Source: Nanobdellota archaeon
GTDB taxonomy: Archaea; Nanobdellota; Nanobdellia; Parvarchaeales; Parvarchaeaceae
DNA: 49,331 bases
Reading direction: 5' to 3'
NCBI GenBank assembly: GCA_021850635.1
Contig: JAJZLM010000010.1
Location: 1 to 49,331, forward strand
A program made the translations under genes and the position numbers. Shown piece by piece: positions 8,591 through 18,313 of this stretch. Position 1 is the first letter of the stretch, and each line of letters starts with the position of its first letter. Below the pieces are notes generated by a model that saw nothing but the letters and a program-made list of their open reading frames with translations, searched no databases and was not told the DNA's origin.

Positions 8591-9726
8591 TGTGGAGTTT
8601 TATATTAATTATTATTGTAGCTGTAATAGCAGCTGTAGTAATAACCGAACTTTTTTTAAACTTTGGTGCCACTAACACGCAGCAAGCCGACATTAATTCG
8701 TCTTTTGTGTCTATAGGAGCAAGCAATTGTATACAGTGCTCTAATGGCATTGCTAACTTTATGTACAGTTTGCTTAGCAGCCAAGGTTATTCTAATTCGC
8801 GTGTGAGCCTAAATTTTGGTAGCAATACTGCCGACAAAATTATATCTACTAATCTTATAGCGTCACTACCGTCGGTAATTATACCTTCAACCGCTTCTTC
8901 AGCAAATCTCCTCGATGCGCTTGTATACTTGAATATATTCAATCTAGGAAGCAACGATTTCGTTCTAAATACACCTTTTCTATCCGGATTGGTAAGGAAC
9001 ATCACGTATTACTCTATAATCCAAAACAGGACAATCACATCGTACGACGTGTATAATGCTTCAGCTGTTTATAACGCAGGTCCACGGTCAAAACTTCTCA
9101 ACTTGATAAACCCGAGCGAGTTTCTCTTACAGACCAATTATTCTAACATGACGTCTTCGGACAAAATAGATATAGAATTCATATATGATAATTCTCCTTT
9201 TAGTGCGGTCCAGAGCGTAGTGTTAAAGACTGCTCTTGATAATTTTGGTAATTTTACCTCACAGCACATCATGCAATCTAGGACAGTAAACATTTCATCT
9301 AACCAGTCATTAGGACCGGATATACTTTATGTGCTTGGTAACATGCCTTTCGATAGCAAGTATTTCGATTTATACGCGTACAATCTTAGCTCAGTCGGAA
9401 ATGAAACAGCTCAAAAGAATCTTTTTGAATATGATCAGAACGCGCTCTCCAGCATAAATTCTGTCTATGGTTCGTTCACTCCATTTCTAGATATAGGAGG
9501 CAAGTTTATAGGGGTGTCATCTATGTTAAAGCCATCTGTTTTCAACGGGCTCAACACAACGCGGATACAGTCGCTTATAGCGTCGAATTCCACCGTAGGA
9601 GAGGCTTTCAACGACAGCGTAGCATTCCTGGAAGCAGCTCTCTGTTCCTTTTCTGAGGTGACTTCCAGTGTATGCAATACAACTGCAGTAAAACTTCAGG
9701 AGTTAAATATATTGCGACAGATATAA
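8587..9726 (+). CDS. Membrane-anchored extracytoplasmic protein, divergent DUF929-like (thioredoxin-like) with CIQC
   Basis: N-terminal TM. IGASNCIQCSNGIANFMYSLL aligns by eye with IGIEGCKYCAAERYALFDAL of the ORF at 22432, and TPFLDIGGKF with VPFTVIGGNF. About 14 N-x-S/T sequons. ATGA overlap with surE. Confidence 0.5.
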   Translation: MMWSFILIIIVAVIAAVVITELFLNFGATNTQQADINSSFVSIGASNCIQCSNGIANFMYSLLSSQGYSNSRVSLNFGSNTADKIISTNLIASLPSVIIPSTASSANLLDALVYLNIFNLGSNDFVLNTPFLSGLVRNITYYSIIQNRTITSYDVYNASAVYNAGPRSKLLNLINPSEFLLQTNYSNMTSSDKIDIEFIYDNSPFSAVQSVVLKTALDNFGNFTSQHIMQSRTVNISSNQSLGPDILYVLGNMPFDSKYFDLYAYNLSSVGNETAQKNLFEYDQNALSSINSVYGSFTPFLDIGGKFIGVSSMLKPSVFNGLNTTRIQSLIASNSTVGEAFNDSVAFLEAALCSFSEVTSSVCNTTAVKLQELNILRQI

Positions 9727-9735
9727 AGAAAATTC

Positions 9736-10740
9736 TCACTTGGATGAAATGTACGGTTCTTTTCCATTTCCTATAATCGACCTAATCTCCTTTAGGTACT
9801 TCTCGTCCGTGTTTTCAGGCAGGGATATTCTGGGCTCTATTATGAAGTCGCCTCTGTTTCTACTGTCTGCGAACAACCCCTTACCTTTTATTCTTATAGG
9901 ACTAGAGTCTTTTCCCAGAACTATATACTCTTTACCTTCTGGTGACTCTACTTCGATCCTATTGCCGGGTATTGCGTCGAGTAGGCTTATATGTAAAATT
10001 GTCTTTATGTCACTTCCTTCCACAGAGAACTTATCGTCTCCGACTATGTGATATACAACGTATAAGTCACCTTTTTTTCCGTGTCTTCCAGACTCTCCTT
10101 TTCCTTTTAATATAGTGTAATTACCATCGAAAATAGTTCTTTGTATAGGAATTCTTATTGTTTCATACTGGTTGATAACCCCACTACCACCGCATGTTTC
10201 ACATATCTTTGTTGGTATGTACCCTTTTCCGCCGCAGATGTTGCACTGCGTCATTATAACGAAAGTAGACGAAAACTGCCTGGAAGAGCGTTTTATCTGT
10301 CCCGTACCCTTACACTGGCTACATATCTTTCTCTCCTTTGCGCCGGTTCCTTCGCATTTTTGGCACTGCACGGAATGCTTTATCTGTATCTCTTTTTCTC
10401 CTCCCCTAAAAAGCTCTGATACACCAATATTCACGTCTATTTTTGTGTCGTAACTCCTAGTGTCAAAGCCGAAATTACTAAAAAAATCTCCAAAGCTTCC
10501 AAAATCAAAGTTGAAAACATCGCTGAAATCCTCTTCTCCACTAGTCGTGCCCTGAGAATTGCCTTTGTTCATTAACGTTCTATATGCTTCGTTTATCTCT
10601 TTGAATTTTTCTTCTGCTTCTTTGCTCCCTTTGTTTAAATCTGGATGGTATTTTTTGGCTAGGGATTTGAAGGCTTTTTTAATCTCGCTTTCACTAGCTC
10701 CGGGATTTATTTCAAGCACTCTATAAGGGTCTTTATCCAT
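9736..10740 (-). CDS. dnaJ: Chaperone DnaJ (Hsp40)
   Basis: J domain with HPD ([10 protein letters not shown]) and four CxxCxGxG zinc-finger repeats ([32 protein letters not shown]). Confidence 0.95.
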   Translation of the reverse strand: MDKDPYRVLEINPGASESEIKKAFKSLAKKYHPDLNKGSKEAEEKFKEINEAYRTLMNKGNSQGTTSGEEDFSDVFNFDFGSFGDFFSNFGFDTRSYDTKIDVNIGVSELFRGGEKEIQIKHSVQCQKCEGTGAKERKICSQCKGTGQIKRSSRQFSSTFVIMTQCNICGGKGYIPTKICETCGGSGVINQYETIRIPIQRTIFDGNYTILKGKGESGRHGKKGDLYVVYHIVGDDKFSVEGSDIKTILHISLLDAIPGNRIEVESPEGKEYIVLGKDSSPIRIKGKGLFADSRNRGDFIIEPRISLPENTDEKYLKEIRSIIGNGKEPYISSK

Positions 10741-10779
10741 AATATTAGGTTAATAGAGAGATGGTCGTTAAAATACTTA

Positions 10780-12579
10780 TTACTTGGGCCCATCACTGTT
10801 TGTATTTGTATTGTTATCCTTAGGAGCATCGGATGGTTTGTATATCTTAGTACTTATCTTGCTAAGTGTTTCATCCAACTTTTTGCGGTCATCTCTTAGT
10901 TTAGCTATATCATCCTTATCTATGTCTTCTTTAACAGTTTTTATCACATCTTCGGCTTCTTTTTTATCTTCTTCTGTTATCTTGTCTTTAAAGTCGGTCA
11001 GTATCTTTTCCAATGCGAAAACTAATCCAGAACATTCATTTTTGAATTCTATTTCTTCTTTCCTTTTTTTGTCTTCTTCCTCATATTTCTTAGCGTTTTG
11101 TATCATCTCTTCTATTTTTTCTTTAGATAGCTTATTTGGAGCAGTTATGGTTATTTTCTGTGATTTGTTGGTAGCTTTATCTGTAGCAGTAACATTTAGT
11201 ATGCCGTTGGAATCTATATCGAATGTTACTTCTATCTGGGGTGTGCCTCTAGGAGCAGGAGGTATCCCTTCTAGGTTAAACATGCCAAGGCTTATGTTAT
11301 CCTTAGCCATAGGCCTCTCCCCTTGCAGGACATGTATCGTTACGCTAGTCTGGTAATCATCCGCTGTAGTGAATATCTTACTTGTTTTTATAGGGATTGT
11401 CGTGTTTCTATCTATTAGGGGAGTGGCTACGCCGCCTAGAGTTTCTATACTAAGAGTAAGAGGAGTAACGTCTAACAAAACTATGTCTTTTATATCGCCG
11501 GATAGGACAGCTCCTTGTATAGCAGCACCTAAAGCTACTGCTTCCATAGGGTCCACGCCTCTTTCTATTTTGTCGCCAAATATGTCTACCAGGAATTTTT
11601 GTACAGAAGGCATTCTAGTAGGCCCCCCTACAAGAATTATCTTTGATATATCACTCTTTGATAGATTAGAATCTTTGAGCACGTTTTCTATTGGCTCTCT
11701 AGACCTTTCTATTATAGGTCTAACCAAATTTTCGAGGGTCGCACGGGTTATCTTCATCTCTATATTCTTAGGCGTATTGTTCTTTACCACTATATACGGC
11801 AGATTAACATCAGTTTCAATGACAGTAGAAAGTTCTATCTTTGCTTTTTCGGCAGCATCTCTAACGCGCTGGTATGCAGTCTTGTCATTCTTTAGGTTTA
11901 TTCCCTCTTTAGATTCAAAATCTTTTAGTATGTAATCTATTAGCGCTTGGTCCATATCAACGCCACCCAACTGTACGTCTCCAGATGTGGCTAGAACTTC
12001 AAAAGTGCCGTTACTTATCTCCATAATAGTTACGTCTAGAGTGCCTCCTCCAAGATCATACACCAATATCTTAAGCTCGTTAGACTTGTCCAGTCCATAA
12101 GCTATTGCAGCTGCAGTAGGTTCGTTTATTATTCTAACAACTTCTAATCCAGCTATTTCACCAGCGTCTTTAGTAGCCTGTCTCTGATTATCATTGAAGT
12201 AAGCAGGAACTGTTATTACGGCTTTAGATACCTTTGAACCCAAGAACGCTTCAGTGTCCCTTTTTATCTTCTGTAATATGAAAGCAGATATTTGCTGGGG
12301 TGTATACGATTTTCCGTCGATTTTGTAAATATAATCAGTACCCATCTTTCTTTTTGCTGAGAAGATAGTGTTTTCTGGGTTGGATATCGCTTGTCGTTTA
12401 GCCGGTTCGCCTACCAACACATCTCCATTCTTTGCAAAAGCTACTATAGAAGGAAACATCTTTCCCGCGACTGTCGCGCCCTCTGCACTTGGTATTATAG
12501 TCGGCTTTCCACTCATAACTATAGCAGCCTGGCTGTTAGTAGTACCCAAATCTATTCCTATAATTCTTTCCTTTTCCAT
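10780..12579 (-). CDS. dnaK: Chaperone DnaK (Hsp70)
   Basis: [19 protein letters not shown] and the rest of the Hsp70 pattern across 599 aa. Confidence 0.97.
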   Translation of the reverse strand: MEKERIIGIDLGTTNSQAAIVMSGKPTIIPSAEGATVAGKMFPSIVAFAKNGDVLVGEPAKRQAISNPENTIFSAKRKMGTDYIYKIDGKSYTPQQISAFILQKIKRDTEAFLGSKVSKAVITVPAYFNDNQRQATKDAGEIAGLEVVRIINEPTAAAIAYGLDKSNELKILVYDLGGGTLDVTIMEISNGTFEVLATSGDVQLGGVDMDQALIDYILKDFESKEGINLKNDKTAYQRVRDAAEKAKIELSTVIETDVNLPYIVVKNNTPKNIEMKITRATLENLVRPIIERSREPIENVLKDSNLSKSDISKIILVGGPTRMPSVQKFLVDIFGDKIERGVDPMEAVALGAAIQGAVLSGDIKDIVLLDVTPLTLSIETLGGVATPLIDRNTTIPIKTSKIFTTADDYQTSVTIHVLQGERPMAKDNISLGMFNLEGIPPAPRGTPQIEVTFDIDSNGILNVTATDKATNKSQKITITAPNKLSKEKIEEMIQNAKKYEEEDKKRKEEIEFKNECSGLVFALEKILTDFKDKITEEDKKEAEDVIKTVKEDIDKDDIAKLRDDRKKLDETLSKISTKIYKPSDAPKDNNTNTNSDGPK

Positions 12580-13037
12580 TATACTCCTATTTTCACCTTC
12601 GGGTATCTTATAACCTTATCATTCAGCTTATACCCTGGTTGTATTTCCTCAATTATCTTACCTGTCTTATCTTTTATATTTTCAGTAGCGACCGCCTCAG
12701 CTATCTCAGGAGAATAGTCTTGACCAATAACTTCCATCCTAGATAGACCATAAGACTTCAAAGTATTATATAGAGATTTCATCAGTAATTCTATTTTATC
12801 ATCTTTGTCGGTTTTCATCACATTGTCAAAATCATCCAATACTTTCAACAAATCTAATATGATTTTTTCTCTTATTAGTTTTTTCTCCTCTACAATCTGC
12901 TTATCTAGAGATTTTCTATAGTTGTCAAATTCTGCTAGAAGGTACAGATATTTTTCTTTGTATTCTTTTTCTTCGTGTGTATCATCCTCTTGATAAGTGA
13001 TTTTGTCCTCGTTTTTAGTAGTGTCCTCTTTCTCCAT
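12579..13037 (-). CDS. grpE: Nucleotide exchange factor GrpE (short)
   Basis: [14 protein letters not shown] motif. The stop overlaps the dnaK start by 1 nt (TAATG). Order is grpE-dnaK-dnaJ. Confidence 0.85.
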   Translation of the reverse strand: MEKEDTTKNEDKITYQEDDTHEEKEYKEKYLYLLAEFDNYRKSLDKQIVEEKKLIREKIILDLLKVLDDFDNVMKTDKDDKIELLMKSLYNTLKSYGLSRMEVIGQDYSPEIAEAVATENIKDKTGKIIEEIQPGYKLNDKVIRYPKVKIGV

Positions 13038-13062
13038 AAACGTATATGGAAGTAATTAGTCT

Positions 13063-13536
13063 TTATAAATTTTTCTTCTTTGAATCACTGTAAGACCACA
13101 GCGCTGAAACTACTAATGTCAAGAATATTGATATTTGGCTTATCGAGCACAGAACACATATGTAACCTATAACAAATAGTTCTAAATATATCAGATACAC
13201 AGATACCGCGCTGCCAAGTATGCCCAATACAAGCATAATGTGGATTAGTTTGACTTTTAAGATAGATATGTTAGGTTTGAGTATAAGCAATATAGACAGC
13301 GCAATCACTAGCATGAAAAAAGCAGCCCCAAGATAATAATTGTTTATACCAAGGATTATCTTAGAATACTGGCTTGTAACGACTTTTCCGCAATTAAGCA
13401 CCGTTCCACTTATTGTGCAAGAATTCTGTGGGATTACACTTGCGCTAAAGGATAGGGCTAAATAGATCATTGCAGATAAGCCAATCAATCCTAGAGCTAA
13501 AAGAAGGTAGGCGGAGATTCTGGCGTGTATTCTCAT
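13063..13536 (-). CDS. Vitamin K epoxide reductase (VKOR)-family membrane thiol oxidoreductase
   Basis: Polytopic 157-aa membrane protein. It has the loop Cys pair plus S.Y (CTISGTVLNCGKVVTSQYS) and an in-membrane CxxC (CVLC), which is the VKOR signature arrangement. Confidence 0.7.
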   Translation of the reverse strand: MRIHARISAYLLLALGLIGLSAMIYLALSFSASVIPQNSCTISGTVLNCGKVVTSQYSKIILGINNYYLGAAFFMLVIALSILLILKPNISILKVKLIHIMLVLGILGSAVSVYLIYLELFVIGYICVLCSISQISIFLTLVVSALWSYSDSKKKNL

Positions 13537-13544
13537 ATGTGTAT

Positions 13545-14078
13545 CTATAGTTTCTTGTTTATGGATGAAAGGAGCACCTTTATAGCGCTTTCTATCTCTG
13601 CTATGTTTTTAGCCCCAGTGCATACAATCTTGCCGGTTCCGAACAGAAGAAAAGTTATCTTTGAGTTTCTGAGTTTGTACACAAGCCCAGGAAACTGCTC
13701 GGGATTGTATTCTGTCTCTTCTATACCGTAAGCTATTTTATTCAAGTCGAGAGGTCTACTAAGGTTACCGCTGGCGACTATGTTCTGGATCTCGACTTTC
13801 CATGTGCTCTTGACGTTTATGCCTATTTTTCTGAGGTCTTTTAGTAGCTTTGACATGGCGTTCATTATGTCTTCTTTAGATCTACCTCCTGTGCACACTA
13901 GTTTTCCGCTACCGAATATAAGGAACGTAACATGTATATCTGGTAATCTGAACACCAGCCCAGGAAACTGTTCCGGATTATACTGGGTGTTCGGTAGCTT
14001 ATTCAGTTTTTTTAGAGGTATCTGAGTTTTAAGAGATATGCTCGCGACAATATTTTCTACCTTATAAATCTTTGACAT
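13545..14078 (-). CDS. tbp: TATA-box binding protein
   Basis: Two direct repeats containing (I)ENIVAS/IQNIVAS and PEQFPGLV(F/Y)(R/K)L; 177 aa. TATA (atttaaat, 14101-14108) lies 26 nt upstream. Confidence 0.95.
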   Translation of the reverse strand: MSKIYKVENIVASISLKTQIPLKKLNKLPNTQYNPEQFPGLVFRLPDIHVTFLIFGSGKLVCTGGRSKEDIMNAMSKLLKDLRKIGINVKSTWKVEIQNIVASGNLSRPLDLNKIAYGIEETEYNPEQFPGLVYKLRNSKITFLLFGTGKIVCTGAKNIAEIESAIKVLLSSINKKL

Positions 14079-14145
14079 ATATAAGCTTTATTATTATGCT
14101 ATTTAAATACAGCTTTATATAAGCGATACTATATATATGTACATT

Positions 14146-17100
14146 TTATCTGAAAACGGAAATTACAATATTGTCTTTGTCAACCGAAATGTTTTCCACT
14201 TTTAACAACTTTCCTTCTTTTTTCAGCGTAGAGTTGGTTTTTTCTTCAGCATAGCTAGTAGTGTCCTTGACCAAAGCAGAGTTAGATTCGCCGTTTATGC
14301 TTATAGCTATCCTGATTTGGTCCTTTCTATTCATACCGAATTCTTTTCTTATTGCTTGTATTGACCTGGTGGTTTCGCGTTTTATCCATAATATCCTTAC
14401 TTCATCGTTTAAGTTCTTGTCTAATACAACCTTGCGGTCTTGCGCTTCGAATATTCCTAGATTCTGAGTTTTTGGTATAAGCTTTATATCTTCATTAGCA
14501 AGCTCATATCGCTTTGAGTCTACTAACATGTTTATTTTTGAGCCGATGTGCCTTATTACTGTGCCTTTAGTTAGTTCTATAAACTTAGCTGTTATCCCAG
14601 TTATCTGCTCCTGTGTGTATTTTTTCTTTAGAGAATCGAAGTTCAATGATACATCAAAATCGTTTTCCTCTAAGGAGTAGCCTACATGCAGAGTATTAGT
14701 CATCGTTTTTAGTATCTCCTCAAAAATCGTATCTCCCGATACTCCTGGAAGCAGCACCTTATCTAACGGTCTTTTTAGAGGTATCTTGTTCTGCTCGCGA
14801 GCCGCGAGTACGTCTTGCACAAGTGATAGGGTAAGATCCATGCGTTTTTCAGTTTCAGGGTCTATCAAGGACTCTTCTATTTTTGGGAAAGACGACAGCA
14901 GTACGCTGCCTTTCTCATCTATAGATTTGTATATATATTCAGCTATGAATGGCATGAATACAGAAACTAAGGAAGAAAGCTCTTTTAAAATCGATGAAAA
15001 AACGTGGAAAGCAGCGCTATCATTATCATCGAACATTCTGCTTTTTGCGAGTTTTAGATAAGTACGACTGAAGTCGTTGACAATAAAGTTTATAAGTTCA
15101 TTTAAAGCGTAATCAGGTCTAAATGCGTTAAGACTGTCATCCGATATCTTTTTTATCGCATTCCATCTAGAAAGTATCCATCTATCATCTACTCCGAATG
15201 GTTTATTTACTCCCTTTCCAGCGAAATCATTTTTAATGGACGCATTAAGATTGACCAGATTATAAAGTATATTTGTTACTTTTTGAGCATCAGATACATC
15301 ACCAGTAGAGAACACGACAACGTCTTCAAGGCGGTGTTTTAGCAGCGACAACCTTAACGCATCGCGACTATATCCTTCTGCCAATAACTGTTGTAGTGAC
15401 TTGTAATTGCCTTCGCTTTTGGACAGTTTTGCGCCGTTCTCTCCGACTACAAACCTGTGCATAACAACATTTTTGAATGACAGTTTTGAAGTGAGTACAT
15501 ACCCCATGACTAGTGAGGAATAAAACCATCCTCTTATTTGATCATTACCCTCACAGATGAAATCTGCGGGGAACCATTTTTCATAGTCCTTAGTTTTTGA
15601 AGGATACCCTAAATCAGCGAAAGACGCAGAGCCAGAATCAAGCCATACATCTATAACATGTGGCACCCTACTCATTTGTCCAGAGCATTTTTTACATTTT
15701 ATCTTTATGTTATCCAGACTGTTCTTGTGCAGGTCTTTAACAGACTTTTTCCCACTTAATGACAACAGTTCTTTCTTACTACCAATCGTTATTTTATTAT
15801 CGCAGGAGTCACACATCCATATTGGTAGAGGAGTATTCCAATAACGCTGTCTTGATATAACCCAGTCTTGTGCATTCGATAGCCATGATTCGAACACATC
15901 CTTTGACAAAGGAGGTACCCAATTGATGTCTTTTGATATATCTATCAAGCCTTTTTTTATCTTATTTATATCCATAAACCATTGGTCGCTTGCCCTGGGT
16001 ATCAATGGAGTCTTGCATCTCCAGCAATGAGGATAATTGTGCAGTATTTTTCTTTCTGACAGTAACGAGCCTGTGCTTTCCAAGAATTTTATTATCTTAT
16101 CGTTTACTTTGAGGACATCCTCCCCTTCTAACCATCCTGCTTTGTATGTGAACTTTCCGTTCTCATCCACCGGCGACATAAGCGGCAGGCCATTTGTTAT
16201 TCCTATTTTATAATCTGATTCCCCATGCCCTGGCGCGCAGTGCACTAGGCCTGTTCCAGAATCCGCTTCAACGAAAGGAGTGCCATCCTCTGAAACAACT
16301 CCAGAGCCATCGACCACTACACATATTTTGCCAATGTTTTCCTGTATTTGTGGTATATCTGGGAACAGAGGTTTATATCTTAATCCTATGAGTTCGCTAC
16401 CATCTAGTTCCTTTTTTATAGAGTAATTTATTCCAATCTCATCAAGAACGCTGACTCTGCTCTTAGAAAGTATAACTGTCTTGCCCTGTATCTCAGCTTC
16501 TACATATTTGAAACCACTGTTTACAGCTATTGCTGCATTTGATGGCAAGGTCCACGGTGTTGTAGTCCAGATAAGAAGATATCTACCGTCTTCCATCCGA
16601 AAGAGAACGTACACAGACATGTCTTCCTTTTCATAGTACCTATCGCGTATTTCATAGTTTGACATTGGGGTTCCACAGCGAACACAGAACCAGGTGGTCT
16701 TGAATCCTTTGTACAGGAGACCCATCTCATCAGCTTTTTTTAGTGCACCCCATATAGATTCTATGTACTTATCTTCGTACGTTTTGTACGGTTTTTTTGT
16801 ATACCAGAGCAAACCGTAATCTAGCATTATAGAAGTGTTTAATTTTATGTACTCTTCAGCAAATTTTTTGCATTCGTTTATAAATTTGTCTTCACCGTAC
16901 TCCTTTATGTCTTTTTTGTTTTTTATCCCTAGCCTTTTCTCAACAGCGACTTCTATCGGCAGGCCTTGGGTGTCCCAGCCTGGTTGGGCTCTAACATCGA
17001 ATCCTTTCATCTGCTTGTATCTTATTATAGCATCCTTTATGAATATGCCGAGCATAGTCCCAGCATGTACTTCGTTAGTTACGAACGGAGGGCCGTCTAG

Positions 17101-17235
17101 AAAATAAAATTTTGGTTTCCCTTCGCCTAGTTTATCTAATTTTTCCGGTATTTTCTTCTTTTTCCACTCAGAATTTACAGCCTTTTCAGTCTCCACACCA
17201 TTGTAAAAATCGGTCATAATTAACAAGTAACTCAA
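14146..17235 (-). CDS. ileS: Isoleucyl-tRNA synthetase
   Basis: Class I signatures (HAGT in the HIGH position, KLSKS), WTTTPWTLPSN and WVISRQRYWN blocks typical of IleRS; 1029 aa. The start may be the ATG at 17217. Confidence 0.9.
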   Translation of the reverse strand: MSYLLIMTDFYNGVETEKAVNSEWKKKKIPEKLDKLGEGKPKFYFLDGPPFVTNEVHAGTMLGIFIKDAIIRYKQMKGFDVRAQPGWDTQGLPIEVAVEKRLGIKNKKDIKEYGEDKFINECKKFAEEYIKLNTSIMLDYGLLWYTKKPYKTYEDKYIESIWGALKKADEMGLLYKGFKTTWFCVRCGTPMSNYEIRDRYYEKEDMSVYVLFRMEDGRYLLIWTTTPWTLPSNAAIAVNSGFKYVEAEIQGKTVILSKSRVSVLDEIGINYSIKKELDGSELIGLRYKPLFPDIPQIQENIGKICVVVDGSGVVSEDGTPFVEADSGTGLVHCAPGHGESDYKIGITNGLPLMSPVDENGKFTYKAGWLEGEDVLKVNDKIIKFLESTGSLLSERKILHNYPHCWRCKTPLIPRASDQWFMDINKIKKGLIDISKDINWVPPLSKDVFESWLSNAQDWVISRQRYWNTPLPIWMCDSCDNKITIGSKKELLSLSGKKSVKDLHKNSLDNIKIKCKKCSGQMSRVPHVIDVWLDSGSASFADLGYPSKTKDYEKWFPADFICEGNDQIRGWFYSSLVMGYVLTSKLSFKNVVMHRFVVGENGAKLSKSEGNYKSLQQLLAEGYSRDALRLSLLKHRLEDVVVFSTGDVSDAQKVTNILYNLVNLNASIKNDFAGKGVNKPFGVDDRWILSRWNAIKKISDDSLNAFRPDYALNELINFIVNDFSRTYLKLAKSRMFDDNDSAAFHVFSSILKELSSLVSVFMPFIAEYIYKSIDEKGSVLLSSFPKIEESLIDPETEKRMDLTLSLVQDVLAAREQNKIPLKRPLDKVLLPGVSGDTIFEEILKTMTNTLHVGYSLEENDFDVSLNFDSLKKKYTQEQITGITAKFIELTKGTVIRHIGSKINMLVDSKRYELANEDIKLIPKTQNLGIFEAQDRKVVLDKNLNDEVRILWIKRETTRSIQAIRKEFGMNRKDQIRIAISINGESNSALVKDTTSYAEEKTNSTLKKEGKLLKVENISVDKDNIVISVFR

Positions 17236-17284
17236 TATAATTTAAGCCTTTCGCAGAAAGTCTTGCTGAATTGTATAATACCGT

Positions 17285-18262
17285 TTAAGAAAATGTTGCA
17301 TTAGAAGGCAACTTAGTTATCTGTAGTACGTTTGGAATACCTCCCGTTGAAGAATTCAAAGATATCTGGAAAGTAGTGTTCTGTCCTCCAGGGCTTACGC
17401 TCATATTCAGGAAAACAGGCAATCCTAATCTTTGTGAGAAACACAAGTAAGCAGAACCCGATCCTATAGAATAGCTTTGTGATATACTTGTGTGTATTAG
17501 AGTGCATGTGCGGTTGCCATAAGTATAATTGCCTAATATTGATATAGTGTCGCTCAATTGATTTGAGCCTCTAGACTCGAATACTGCGGTGTAACCGAGT
17601 ATACTGTTGCTGATAAGCTGTATTAGTGATCCGCTAGGCTGTTCCTTAATATACTGACATAAGCTGTTCCCAGTCGATGCCCCATCGTTCAATAAAGCGG
17701 TCAACATAGGGAAGTTGCTACAGCTTACAAACCCAGTATCATTACTGAAAGTAAGGAAGTAAACAGTCCCATTCTGTGCGGTCTTATTTGAACTATTATG
17801 GTTAGCCTGACCGAAGAGCGAAGAAAATAGTATATGGGCTAGATCGTTTATCCCGCTGAGAGGCATCGATATATAAAGTCTAGACAGCAGCCCATGTTTC
17901 GATATTGATACGTTTGGCGAGGTTGTTATGTTAGTATAACTCCCATTATGTAAAGTGTTTGAGCTTAAATCTCCGGAATATATTTCAGTAAAATTTTGGG
18001 CAGAGGAATAGAGCGCAGATGAGGTCTGAAGTATCTGATATGTAGTGTTATCTCTGGAAAAGTTCATGCTTACAGAGGACGGCGTCGAACTTGATTTTAG
18101 ACTATTTATAACATTCTTAATAAAAATAGGATTATACAGATATACGAATGCGGTTAATACTATAATCACAACTATCACGGCTAATACTATAGGCTTCTTA
18201 TCACGTTTTTCGCTTTGTGGTGCTCCAACAATCGGAGTACCATTCATGTTGTAATCCGTCAT
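17285..18262 (-). CDS. Hypothetical N-terminally anchored extracytoplasmic glycoprotein
   Basis: Single N-terminal TM (IVLAVIVVIIVLTAFVYLY), more than a dozen N-x-S/T sequons and 4 Cys. No recognisable enzyme motif. Confidence 0.55.
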   Translation of the reverse strand: MTDYNMNGTPIVGAPQSEKRDKKPIVLAVIVVIIVLTAFVYLYNPIFIKNVINSLKSSSTPSSVSMNFSRDNTTYQILQTSSALYSSAQNFTEIYSGDLSSNTLHNGSYTNITTSPNVSISKHGLLSRLYISMPLSGINDLAHILFSSLFGQANHNSSNKTAQNGTVYFLTFSNDTGFVSCSNFPMLTALLNDGASTGNSLCQYIKEQPSGSLIQLISNSILGYTAVFESRGSNQLSDTISILGNYTYGNRTCTLIHTSISQSYSIGSGSAYLCFSQRLGLPVFLNMSVSPGGQNTTFQISLNSSTGGIPNVLQITKLPSNATFS

Positions 18263-18313
18263 ATATAATTATTATTACGACAACAAATATAAGCCTTGAT
18301 TCTAAAAAGTTTA

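Noticed and set aside
10784-11935. Two long antisense ORFs (190 and 188 aa) opposite dnaK
   Set aside because: They lie entirely inside a strongly supported dnaK reading frame. The products are low-complexity (Ser/Leu/Ile-rich) with no motifs. Long antisense ORFs are a known codon-bias artefact in hsp70 genes.
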